Source: Acanthaster planci (taxonomy: Eukaryota). From it: DNA of 64,000 bases. Every line of letters begins with the position of its first letter. The first letter of the stretch is position 1. Under the pieces are notes generated by a model that was given only the letters and a program-made list of their open reading frames with translations, had not been told where the DNA came from and ran no database searches. The stretch spans positions 124,001 to 188,000 of the forward strand of contig NW_019091357.1 in the NCBI RefSeq assembly GCF_001949145.1, given 5' to 3'. Positions 12,101-23,600 of this stretch are shown piece after piece. A program made the position numbers and the translations under genes.

Positions 12101-14647
12101 AAGACCAATGATGTAGTTCGGGAAAAATGTGTACAGATGATTGTAGGAGCACTGAAAATACCAAGTGAGTTACTGGTGATACCAAGTGAGTAAATTGTGT
12201 GTATTTCACTTGAGTATTTTTACCATACAGCAACCCTCAACTTGTGATTGTTGGAAAGTTTCGGTGTTAAACCTTGCGTGCTGCTGTACTTTGTGCCATT
12301 AAATATCCAGCAAAGACAAATAGAAAACAACCTTGACTTCCTTAAATAATGCTTTTCTCATTTTGTTTTTCCTTTTTTCTCTCTAGTTGAAGGTTGTGAC
12401 CTAGATCAGTTTGATGATATCAAAGAGATTGCAGCCGAGATTGAAGATTATATCCTTTGATATTAAAGTTTACAGTTTAATTTTTTTTAGATACAATGTT
12501 ATGTAAAGTAAAAACATCCTTAACCTCTTCCATACGTATCTACACTGAGTTTGTAAATACTGACATGAAGTACAAGAATCGCGTGCGAAGCCGAGTTGCG
12601 AATCTGAAAGATCAAAAAAACCCAGAACTGAGGAGGAGAGTCTTGACGAGAGAAATCCCTCCGCAACAAATGGCCAAGATGACCTCAGATGTAAGATAAT
12701 CCTGGCTTGTAAAGTTATTGAAAGTACAAAATCTGATAAACAATAGGCAACAGTTTATTCAACCTGTAAAAAGCATGTCTTACAAAGCTATCTTCTTTAA
12801 CCACTTCGTGCCAGGGTTCCCAGAAGTTGGCTTTATACGCAAAGCCAGGTTGACCGAAATCGAACAAAGGAGCTTGGCCTTGTAACAAAAGACTATACTC
12901 GGAACAAAAAGACCGGGCTGCTGGGAATTGCCAACATTTATTCAGTTGTCAACAGAAGAGGAAATCGGTCATTGGTTTGAATGATTTTACCACTCTTTGT
13001 GGCATTCAGTGTGAGCAGATTACCACTGGGGACAAAAGCGCTCCAGCGTTCAAGGGATGAGCGATACAATACCACTTCACACTAATCTGGTCCGCATTTG
13101 GAAAGATGCCAGCAGTGCACTAGGCTAGTTTCAGGAACAAAATAAAATAACATAACACTACACAAGCTTGGCTCTCTTTACAAGGCAGCAGACCTGGCTG
13201 AAATACTCGGGCGTCAATAGATGTTGTCTGTCAGATAAGAGTAGCCACCAGACAGTCATTAGTGTGGGTGTAAATGTTCCTGTAAATGAAGTTATGAAAT
13301 TCTGAAGAATTTTGAAAACGGAAAATCATAAAATCCCCCGGGAATACGTCATGCAACTTCACATTTGGTCACTTGTACTTTGACTTCTTGGTTTATATTG
13401 CTTTAGGAAATGGCAAGTCAAGAGCTTAAAAACATTCGTGATGGCTTTACGAAGGAAGCCATCAAGGAGCACCAGATGGCTGTCACTGGTGGAACTAAGA
13501 CAGATCTACTTAAATGTAGCAAATGCCTCAAGAGAAATTGCTCTTACAATCAGGTAAGTCGTTAACAGATCTGCGCATATGTTAAAGAGGGCTCTACTTC
13601 ACTTAAGACGGTGTATGGCATGTCCAAATCAACTAGCTGTGGTCGTGGGTATCATTCATTTCTGTGGGTACTTGCTCTAGCCATTAACCAGTGTCTTCTG
13701 TTTGCATTCATGTTTTTTGAAGTCACAGCCATAACATTCAGACTCAGCCTGAGTGAATGAGGCTACAGCACTTGCCATGCAGATCATTTAATTCAAGTAT
13801 ATTCTTCATCTTTGGGAAACTGTACAAGAGGGCAGCATGTAGCTTAACCCTGAGAATGAATTGAGACAAGTTTTACCGTTCTTCAAATCTGACCCACCCT
13901 AATAAGTCTAGAATAGAACTTGAAATCATACCAGGATGTGACACCATGTACCTCCAAGATTCGTGTGCTGTACAAACCAGAGAAGTATGGTTCTGTTACC
14001 TCTACTGAGGAAATTTTTGTACGTGGAAGCTGAAGAAAATCCATTGTTTGAAACTTTTCTTAATAAATTTGGTAAATGTGATTTTAAACTACTCATTTAT
14101 CTGTCCATAGGTTCAAACAAGAAGTGCTGATGAACCCATGACGACCTTTGTATATTGCCATGAGTGTGGACACAGGTGGAAGGTAGGCCTAATTAATTGA
14201 TTTGTTTGCTGGATGGCAGATTGGTTACTTTCTTGCCAACAATCATCTCCTCTATGACAATGTTGCTTGAGTCTTTGTCACGTATCTCTGGCAAATTCTC
14301 TTGTGGTACACCAGTAACTCAGAAACTTCATCTTTTTGTGGTCACTTACATAAACCGAACATAAAGACTGTACATAAACCAAATTATTGTGTGTCCAAAC
14401 TCACATTTACTTGGCAAAGGTACCAGCACCAGATAGAAATTGTACCACAATTAACTCTCCAAGTTCAAACCTTTTCACACACAATTCAACGTTTAAGCCT
14501 GTGTTTATTATAACACCAACTAAACTAGATTAAACACAGCCAACGGAACTTACTGTATTACATTTATAACAATGAAGTCAGCAATAATTAATGCAGTCCA
14601 CAAAGACTTATCCACCAATTTCCTTTTAATCCTTACAGTTCTGTTGA
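9132..14647 (+). CDS. TCEA: Transcription elongation factor S-II (TFIIS; TCEA1/2/3 family), 300 aa, 9 exons
   Basis: Exons 9132-9200, 10388-10456, 10723-10837, 11961-12164, 12387-12449, 12536-12690, 13407-13553, 14111-14182, 14639-14647 (903 nt). Motifs [40 protein letters not shown] and zinc ribbon [29 protein letters not shown]. Confidence 0.96.
10457..10722 (+). other. GC-AG intron (TCEA intron 2)
   Basis: CAG|GCAAGA donor and CAG acceptor are needed to join LEILQ to KTRIGM in frame; no suitable GT donor at that position. Confidence 0.85.
11314..11777. repeat. Interspersed repeat copy in TCEA intron 3, homologous to 53928-54608
   Basis: Co-linear shared blocks, e.g. CAGGACTCTGATGCATCATTCAT, TTTCTTAACCACTC, ACAGTCTTCAAGC and GATGACAAAAAT..GATGA.CCCTTA. 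A poly-T run (11517-11540) lies where the other copy has about 270 bp of different sequence. Confidence 0.85.
12450..12535 (+). other. U12-type (minor spliceosome) AT-AC intron in TCEA, 86 nt
   Basis: 5' site ATATCCTTT at 12450, branch point TCCTTAAC at 12517-12524, terminal AC at 12534-12535. Removal gives in-frame IEDCIYTEF. Confidence 0.95.
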
Positions 14648-15900
14648 TGTTGGCAGAGTCTTCATGTCATATGTAATCCTGTACATTTTCCAAGGTTTGT
14701 GTGTCACCCTCTACTTGTCTAACCTGTTACCGACATGATGACTGCTGGATCAGCCTGATATGGCCTAGACTATGCTTCTTATGTTCAAATGAGGAATGTG
14801 TATACAAAAGCCTCTTTGGTGAAAGGATTTTCACAAACCATGAAAGTTTACTTAATCCTAGAGTGTTTATGTGTTATGTAAGCATACACCTTGGTTGTGT
14901 TCTGGTTGCTAGTTGAAGGGCTACATTAATAGGGATAGCATTTCACCATGTTGACTGTTATCCAGTTTTTTTGAAACTGAGAGATATTTTTAAAATGTCT
15001 TTTGTGGCCAAAGAAAACCCTTTTGCAAGGTTAAAACCATTTTGCAATTTTTTTTTGTGCTTACATTCAAGTAGCAAAACAATTACAGTAGCATTCCTGG
15101 TTATGGTCGCTGATAATGTTGTAACCTTTTTGCAGAGAATATACACAAACTGCAGATCAAGATATGAGGCTATAACAAGTCTCTTCACTTGGAACAGTAT
15201 TTTCTCAGACCACTGCATGTGCACTGTCTTGGAAGTCTGTGATTTCCCCTGCAACTGTTTTCTTTATTTTTCCATTTTAAGATCACTTCAGTGTTCATTT
15301 GTGTTCGTCCAGTTACTTAGAATTTCAGACTTACATTTAATAATGATTGTACATGTATTATTTTGGAGACCTCTGGCATTCATTAGCACAAACAAAACAA
15401 ATATGCTGTCCTTCCAGCCCTTACCAAATGTTTATCAAACTATTGAAACCAACCGAACCTCCCAGATCCATTTTGCCTTTGTTCTTGTTAGGGGTATTTC
15501 CAGGGTTTATTGTTCTGTTCAAATGGTGTCAGGATTGAACTCTAAAAATTCTATCATTCAAATTTTGTTCTGTTTAATTTTTAATTATCTTGTATTGTCT
15601 TTTTTGTTCTATATAAATATATTTATTCCGAAATATCCATGAGAACAGAGACATGCCAACCCTTGGATAAGTTGCATGTCAGAAATATTCTGATACATTT
15701 TGAATCCATTTTTAATCCTGATCTCATTTTCCATTGAATAATCGGCAATTACTGCTGAAAAGCAAATGAAACTGTAGTTCCAATCCAAAACCTAATTAAA
15801 ATAAGGACAAAGTCCCTCCCTTGAAATCCTAGAGGTAACGAGTAGACGTTTACAGATTGTGTAGCAAAGTTGTATAAATTTTAAGTTCTTTGTAACGAAC

Positions 15901-15906
15901 AATAAA
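15901..15906 (+). terminator. Probable polyadenylation signal of TCEA
   Basis: AATAAA about 1.25 kb downstream of the stop codon, after a T-rich UTR-like stretch. Confidence 0.45.
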
Positions 15907-17626
15907 AATCTGTTCATCAACAGATGCCCCGTGCGGAAGTATTGATTTTAACTTTGCTCTGTAGAGACTTAGTTTTTCTTGTTCATTTCTTCAACAATGT
16001 CCTTGGAACACAATACGAGGGAAGACTCAATTTCTAATTCATAGTTCAGGTTCTACTCGCTGTAGATCTCAAGGAGATACCACTGAGGCATTTTTCCCAC
16101 CTTGGATAAGTTTGTTGTCCGTTTCTCCAAGGTGCTATGCTCTCTGGCATTTTTCCCCAGCTCCTCCAACCCTGATCGCTGGGGATTGCTTGTTCCTCCC
16201 CAGATACCATGACTCAAAAGGAGCCTTGCTTTGCATTGCTCCATCGTTGTAGTGTCTGTTTGAATCCATGTAGGCTATCATTGCTGTAGTCTCGCAAAGT
16301 TCGCATGAGATTCTTCCAACCAGTAGATTCTGCACACGAATCCCTGTCTTGTTGAAATGGCCATCTAAACGTATACCAAAATCTTTGATTTCCTATTCTC
16401 TTTTAGTTGAATTTTGCAGACAATTGTTTTCCCCTTCATTTGATGATATTCTTTATTCAGTTTTAGAATTTTTTTTATCGAATTCCTGCGGTTTAGTGGT
16501 CTGATTCACAAAAGTATTTATAAGCTTAGTTCCCAAAGAATGTCCTGAAAAGTGGTCCATACTTTGTCATTTTTTATTCTACTTTGTTATCTTTCACTAA
16601 GTTCCCTATTGTTTCTCCATACTCTCCGTGTCATAGTCCTGCCTGCATGGACTCTGTCCATGTTCTATGTCAAAAAGGATGGAAAAGAGGGAGGGTCGGG
16701 ATTCATAAAGGGGAACGAAACGAAAGGTGATAAGTCTTTGTATATATTGCATGTCACCTCAGGCATGAAAACAGACAAAGCATTTCGAATTAAGTTGACC
16801 CTTTTTGCACGAGAATTCGTAAAGTATACTCCGCGGATAGACGCCCAGTGCAGTAGTGGAATTCCAATAAAACGAACCGGCTTTGTTCAAATGTTTGGTT
16901 TGTGTGGAACTTCAACTTCTTTCCTTATCTGTTTATACTGGACACAGCCACCTGACAATTGAAACGTATTATTTATTGGCAATTAGTTCCAACACGATTT
17001 TACTTTGGATCGAGTATTGTCGTCGAATGACCACAATTTACATGACAAATTTCCCGCTTTCTACCCAACCAGATGCTGTTATTGTTTCGTACAGCACTAG
17101 TAGGTAGTTCTGGGTCGGATTTCCCTGCTTTGAGTCAAGGAGTCTGGAATTTATTTTACTTTTCGTTTCCATTGATGGGGAAACTGAACTGGTGCTTTCC
17201 TCTCACTTGGCTTTCGTCAGCAACTTGAGAAAAAATAATTGCATTGAAAGTTTATTTGATGCAAATCCCACCAAGATAACAATAGAAATAGGTTTCATTA
17301 CATTCTTTTCTCGTCACGTCCATGTTTATTTTATTGGTTTCTTCAAAAATCAGTTCAAAACTCGTTCTGAGTGGTTGGAAGATTACCAAAAAAATAGCAA
17401 TTAGCTTGGCATAAGACTAAGTACCCTTATTTATTATCCACATCTTTATGAAATCTCTGTTGTCATACGAAATGTGACACTGCTATAGTAACCAAAGTTA
17501 AATTACATGTACCTTGAGCCGTGTCCCGCTTTATTTGCAGATTACTTCTTTTTGATTCCCTAGGAAAATTATAAAAACAGGGCAGTGCGGTGATGATTTT
17601 TGTCTTACGTGGAGAAAATTAACGAT

Positions 17627-17941
17627 CTATACCATAGAGAGGTGAGTTGTCACCCAGATGCAGACACAAGCTGCCGTTTCTGTCGATGTTTCCCGCCAGT
17701 TTGTCTCCCACTGATCCAAACACCTCGTCAACTGCATCCTTATTTTTTCAGACGAAGAGATCGGCATAGCCTCTTTCACTAGTCGTTTCTGTCGTTCTCT
17801 GAGTAGGCTAAGCTCTGACAAGCCCGCACTGACTGCTTCCAGCCTGGCTTGTAGACGATGGCACCGCTGGAATGGAATTCTGTAGGGAGAGGTCCCTTGC
17901 TTTCTTAAGATGGCATCAAAGTTGATGCTGTGGGAATACAT
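17627..17941 (-). CDS. 104-aa protein with a Dapper/DACT-like N-terminal coiled-coil (leucine zipper) motif
   Basis: RLQARLEAVSAGLSELSLLRERQKRLVKEAM aligns without gaps to the DACT N-terminal block as I recall it (DACT1 [31 protein letters not shown]). The ORF ends S-M-V*. Gene boundaries are uncertain. Confidence 0.6.
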   Translation of the reverse strand: MYSHSINFDAILRKQGTSPYRIPFQRCHRLQARLEAVSAGLSELSLLRERQKRLVKEAMPISSSEKIRMQLTRCLDQWETNWRETSTETAACVCIWVTTHLSMV

Positions 17942-17949
17942 CTACCTGG

Positions 17950-20629
17950 ACGTCTGGTCTTTCCTTTAATTCCACTCATCTTTGCGTCAGAGTGGGTCAC
18001 TGTGCAGATGCTCTGACGTTATAGATCCACTTGTATGTGTAGGCTGTATAGGCAACGCAACGATTGCACAGTCTCTTTCAATCTAGAGATGACATTTTGA
18101 GCTGCTCTTTTTCACACTGATCGTGAACGAAACTGACGTAGATGTCTTCTTAATCTCTTAAAGTAAGAATTTCACCATTCACCGCCGCGCCACGCCGGGT
18201 ACAACGGCTTGGTCAAAAAGATAGGAATGTTCAATTCCTCTTGCTCTCCTGTTAAACCCAGAATTTGCATGAGCCTTCAGCAAAGAGTGCTCCTCATTCA
18301 GACTTTGATTGAGAATGCGAGTGTCGGTCAGTCCTACAGCGTTGGCGGGCCTTTTGTAGAACAGACGCACACTCGGTCAGTTCCCTGTCGAAAAGAAATT
18401 TTTCCAGAGTTCAGTAGAGTTTTGCTTGAGACATCTGAAGCGTCAATAATGCGATGAGTCAAAAACAATCGAGTTTGGGATACATGATTCTAACTGTGTG
18501 AATTGCACATATATGGTGTCTTTGGGAGGTCAATGATCCCGATAAAAGACATGCATCATTGTTTGACGCTTGGAACCGTGATGGACCCTGTATTAAAACG
18601 AAAAGACACTAAATTTTTCATCTCCCATAATGACATTCCCGCTAATGCGGGCAGAATGTACAAGCTTGTTGGTCATTGAATTTTGCAGACAGCATCAATA
18701 TAAGAAAGGAGACCACGTTTGAATGCGTACTAAACGTTACGATGCTCTCGTGCTCATTTTTTAAAAAGAATCCTTGGTAAAGCAGGAAACAAATTGAAAC
18801 AGCGACCTCTGGTGATAAGGAGGCTTTTTGGCAAATTGATGAACTTTCACTGGATTCGCGCTTGGCGCTTTTGTTCAAGTCTACATGCAGTCTTGGTCCA
18901 AGGCTGGATTTGCATTGTTTTGTCTCCGTACACCCGCGGCCTGTTCTGTCCGCCCACAGATCACACGTACCGTGAAGGGTGCAGTCCACCAATTCAAGCA
19001 ATAATTTCGGCCGAGCTGATTAGTAGGAAAGTGTCCCTTACAGCAGATTGTGTGTGTCTTTGCCAGGATAAACTTCCTGAGTCCAGTGGCGTAGCTAGGA
19101 TTTTACTGGGGAGGGGGGACCAGTATCTTATGGGGGGAACCAGCTTTTAGTGGTGTGTTTTTTTGTGGGAAAGTTTATGTTAGCCTCGTTCAATTTTTTC
19201 GCCAGTGGGAGGGGGGCACTATAAGGATTTGTTGGGGGAAAGTGCCCCCCAGCCCCTCCCCCGTGGGTACGCCACTTCCCGAATCTTTCATCTGTGGGCA
19301 GAATGGGGAAAAAACTGTTGAAAAATGGTTCTAGGTGCCTATGAACGTGGAGGGATGGCATTCGGAAAAAAAATTAAAAGAAATTGAAAGATTCAAGACC
19401 AAACAATAATTTAATTTTTATTTGAGAAACCCCAGGGATGTTGGCTTGCATGTTATTGAGCCCTGAACAATGTTAATTTTACACTGTTTTCAGTTGGGCT
19501 TGAATTGGTGGACTGTACCCACAGACATGAATAACCATCAGTGCACCATCCGTGCTCATCGTCTGGCGCCCTCTATTGACCTTAATGAATATACAGTTTT
19601 AGTTGGCATTATTATTTACATGTCCAAAGAAATTGCAAAGTAATATAGTATGGGTTTTGCCGCAACTGCAGTGACGCGAAACGGGAAAAGAGGATTATCA
19701 CCTTTTTATTTTGAAGCCGTGAACAGAAAAAATTGATACATTGCTGGAATAAAATTTGAAAATCTGAACTTGTAGTTAAACCTTTTGATAACGCTCTGGT
19801 CATCCGCAAGAAATCACTAAATGCGTGCGACGAACGTGAAGGAACTTGAAACCCGAGGGGCTAAAAAAAACCAAGACACCCCACACACTGAAAAATTGAC
19901 GCTGAATTTAATGCCGCCCATAGATTACGTCACTTGTTGTATGAATGGGGCGGACTGTGGACCGGAAATGCACTACAAAACTTATCTCCAGGGCTTTTGG
20001 ACGTTAAGACTTAACCAAAAGGTAGTTTGCTTGTAAAAATTCTTTCTCTGTAGCTAATTAGATCTGTAAAACTCAACGCAATGCATTTTTAAAAAATGGT
20101 TACTATATTTAAGGTATAAAATTTCATTTTATTGTGCAAGATATCTCCTTGAATAATTAACAGTCTATTGACTAAATTTTAGTCACCCCTTAAAAAGAAT
20201 GGAATATACCACCTGTCAACGAGTAAGCGGCATACTTCAAAAGCTACCCATGCCGTTGTGTTTTTGTGCTTGTGTGGTGCGCGTGTGTACGTGTGCACAC
20301 TTGAAGCAATGTTGAGGTTCAACAGTGACCTGCTTTGAGCAGTCACATAACTCTGTGTACTGATGTTCTCCACAACTAACTGCAAAAGGACTAGTTTTCT
20401 CTTGCGGGGAGTGCTTGTTCGGCCCAGGCCATTTTGTCAAATGTCAGTGTTTCCTTGTTAATCTTTTCTCCAGTTTCGATGAAATTGAAGCTTATTTTCT
20501 TGTCTCTGAGCTCCAGTAATTCACTTGAACAATCTGCAGAGCAGACTGTCACTTGAGTCAGTTGCGTGCGACGTTTTTGGCGCCGTTTCTTTTCAGCTCA
20601 AGTTCAACACAGTTTCTTCATCTGACAAC
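17950..20629. promoter_or_regulatory. CpG-rich divergent promoter/5'UTR region between the DACT-like ORF and laminin exon 1
   Basis: Visibly higher CpG density than the laminin introns; lies between two divergently oriented coding starts. Confidence 0.5.
19084..19277. mobile_element. Short hAT-like MITE
   Basis: Termini CAGTGGCGTA ... TACGCCACTT; flanking 8-mers CCTGAGTC / CCCGAATC (6/8 match, degenerate TSD); G/C-run-rich interior. Confidence 0.65.
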
Positions 20630-23600
20630 ATGCTGGAACGACTGTTGCTGATTTTTGTGGTTGTTGCGATGGTTTGGCAGTCGGGATGGGTTAATGCCCA
20701 GGAAACTTCAGGTAGGTTGTCGCCAATTGTTTTGCGGTATTCGTCGCTTTCCCAGGTCACTGCGGTTTTTTAGTTGTGGTTCTTGGTAGAGTTCAACCGC
20801 ATTGTTAACCAACCGCGAACTAGTTCACGTGTACAAACGACCCACTTTTCGTTCAGTGTGAATTATCCTTTCTAATGATTAGAGCAGCGAAAAAAGATGG
20901 AGATATACTACATGGGTGGAAGGGGGGGTGGAGAGATTTCAATGGAGGAACGGTACTGTATTAATTTATTAAAATAAGAAAAGTTTCAAATTTAATTTTT
21001 GAAATTTGAACTGTGGCCCACGTGGATTTTATCGTTAAACATATTAAATCACAAGGCTCTAGAAGAAGCCCTAGTGTGTAGTGTAAAGGATGGAAGAGAA
21101 CTGTTCTAACTTAATAACTAGAGGTAGGAAAAGATCGAACTCTGTACATGCAATTTATAATTGTCTTTTACTCAGTGTGTCTAAGAAGTGCAGTGTGGTA
21201 ACTGAAGCCCCTCTTACAATGTTCGCAATGTGACAAAGACTTGCTTTCCCGCCTGCTGTGCAGAGAATTCGACAGGAAAGAGAAAGATGTATACTTAATG
21301 TTCTATTGATCTCAGGAAAAAGGGCATTTCTTATCCATTGATAAATAAAGAACTTGGGCTTTAGGTCTGACTGAATGACGACAATTTTCACATAAAACCA
21401 GAATCTGAGCCGAAAAAGGCACTCTATTCAAACACGAACACAAGACAGGTGAATGGAACTTCTATAGTACATTGAGCATTAACACCAGAGAGAATTCGTG
21501 TGCAGCAAAACCAAGGTCAGCAAATGTGTTCCATTACAATATAGGTGCGTTGAAGGTGGCATAGGATGGAAGAGTGTCTCTCAAATGCTCTCGCATGCAA
21601 CTAAAATTTCTTTAAGAGTTTTGTTACTTTTTTCAAATGTACATGTTGCTGTAATCTGTAAGACCACTCCTTGATGATGTGAAATTGCATATTTTTCATG
21701 AGTGATTTCTGTTTCAAGTCACAAAGTATGCGGAACTTGAGAACTTGATTGCAGCCAAGCAATGCTGTGCACTGAACCAAAGAATTATAGCCACCATGCA
21801 CAAGTGTGCATGTGTCAACACTTGGGTGTTTGAAGTGCTTCACTGAATGAAAATATAACTACATGTACTAATGGCAATTTCCAAAAACGAGTTGTTAGCC
21901 ACATCGTTAGAAATGGTCTTCTTGCACTGCTTTCTTTAAAATAACAGCTTGCCAGAAAGAATTGTTTCATAGGCCACAGGGAGCTGATCATTTCTTAACT
22001 ATTTTTAAACCATGTATGCTTTTCAACAATAATTTGGTTACTTTATGGACAAATGGACTCTAATTGTAACAGGTGTACATGTACATAGATTGGTTTGATT
22101 CTTGTACACTCTGTGATCACTGAGTTTTAAAATTTCCTCTTTTTGAGTTCAGTATATCAGCAGATTAAACATTCCGCTTACAAGATTAGATTGTTGAAAT
22201 AAACATCATTATATGTTTAATTTGTGTAATGTGGCTAGTGGCAATGCTGAAGGTATAATTTATACAACTTTTTTGTTGTGATGCTTTTATGCAACTTTGA
22301 AAGATATGAACACAATAATAGCAAAAATATTTTGGAAACTGCAAAGAAAACATTTTTCCAAAGATCTCCTCTGGGGTAGTTGTTGCTGAGGCTGTATTAG
22401 TGCCTGCAGAGAAACAACCGTACCATTTTGTTTAGTCTCTTTCTACATTTGCTCCCTAGTTTACATAAAACCAGTAAGAAAACATGCCGCCACTAAGTCC
22501 ATGAAACCCCAGGGAATAATAACGCATCTTTTCTATGCAGCTCTTTCCATACAGGGTCAACGTTTTTTCTTGATATAGTCACCTACACTGTATGTATATG
22601 GATGCTCACTTGTTAGTACATTCTCCTTTCGGAGTTGTGATAGATTTGCGTCACATCCAAAATTATCCCAAGTTTATCGTAAACATTTGTAACTGTTGAA
22701 GTTGTGGGGACATTTTAAGGCAGACATCAAGGGTTGTTGATGCAGATTGCTTGCAAAGATGTTTGTCGCTTACTGCTTGAGTGTAATCCTATCACAGACC
22801 CAGAAAGTATTAACACTAAGGTTGTGGAAGGGCATAGACCACCCCAGGTTAGGGCTTTGCTCAGGAACATAGATGTTTGCGCAGAATGAAATGGTTCAAG
22901 CCATGTATCAGTTTAGCAAACTTCTAAAGAGTGGGAAAATGTAAATGCCTGAAGCTGTTAAATGAAAACGAAGGAATGAGATTCAGTTTTCTGGAAAATG
23001 GATTCTCAAAGGATGTCGGTCACTCAAACTCAAAAAGAAATTATGTCATTATGTTATGTTTTAGTAGAAAGCAGGAAATATTCTTTCTTGTGAATGGCAC
23101 AAACCCTCTGTCATCTTGTCATTTTAGAAAGCTTTTCCAGATCCAATGAAATCTCTGGATTCTTGAGCCTGCTTAGCATATCAATGATGGTTGGCATGCC
23201 ATAGAAACCAGAGTTCCCCGTCCCTCCTTCCACCACCGGTTCATTTCAGAACCCCACGTACTATCAAAATATCCCTGGTGCTACCGCAAACTTATTTAGT
23301 TTACTTGCTACTTCCACCATGAAAACCTCAAATCTCACCCTCATTCCATATCAAAGTGATTGATAGAATGTCCTTCCTAATTAGGATCAACGTTTGGGCT
23401 AATTATACCCCTGATTACATACTAGTGCACTAATCAAACTTTGGGATGAGGAAGCACCCCACCAATGGTCAGAATGTTTGTTTTCATGCTGGTTGTGTTT
23501 GCCTGTGATGAGTTGTGGTCATGATGATTAGTTGTACCTGATCAGTTCTGTGAGTTAGAGCATAGGTATTGGTTGCTTAGCAGTTTTGGAATGAGGGTAT

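Noticed and set aside
12889..12899. AAGACTATACT resembling the U3 snoRNA 5' end
   Set aside because: The match stops after 11 nt with no box A continuation; it lies in what looks like a degenerate inverted-repeat element (about 12800-13200).
13727..13771. Hairpin followed by ACA in TCEA intron 7
   Set aside because: Too short, with no pseudouridylation pocket or H box.
14971..15642. 223-aa ORF on the + strand
   Set aside because: Lies in the T-rich TCEA 3'UTR, has a non-ATG start and F/L/I-biased composition, and resembles no protein I know.
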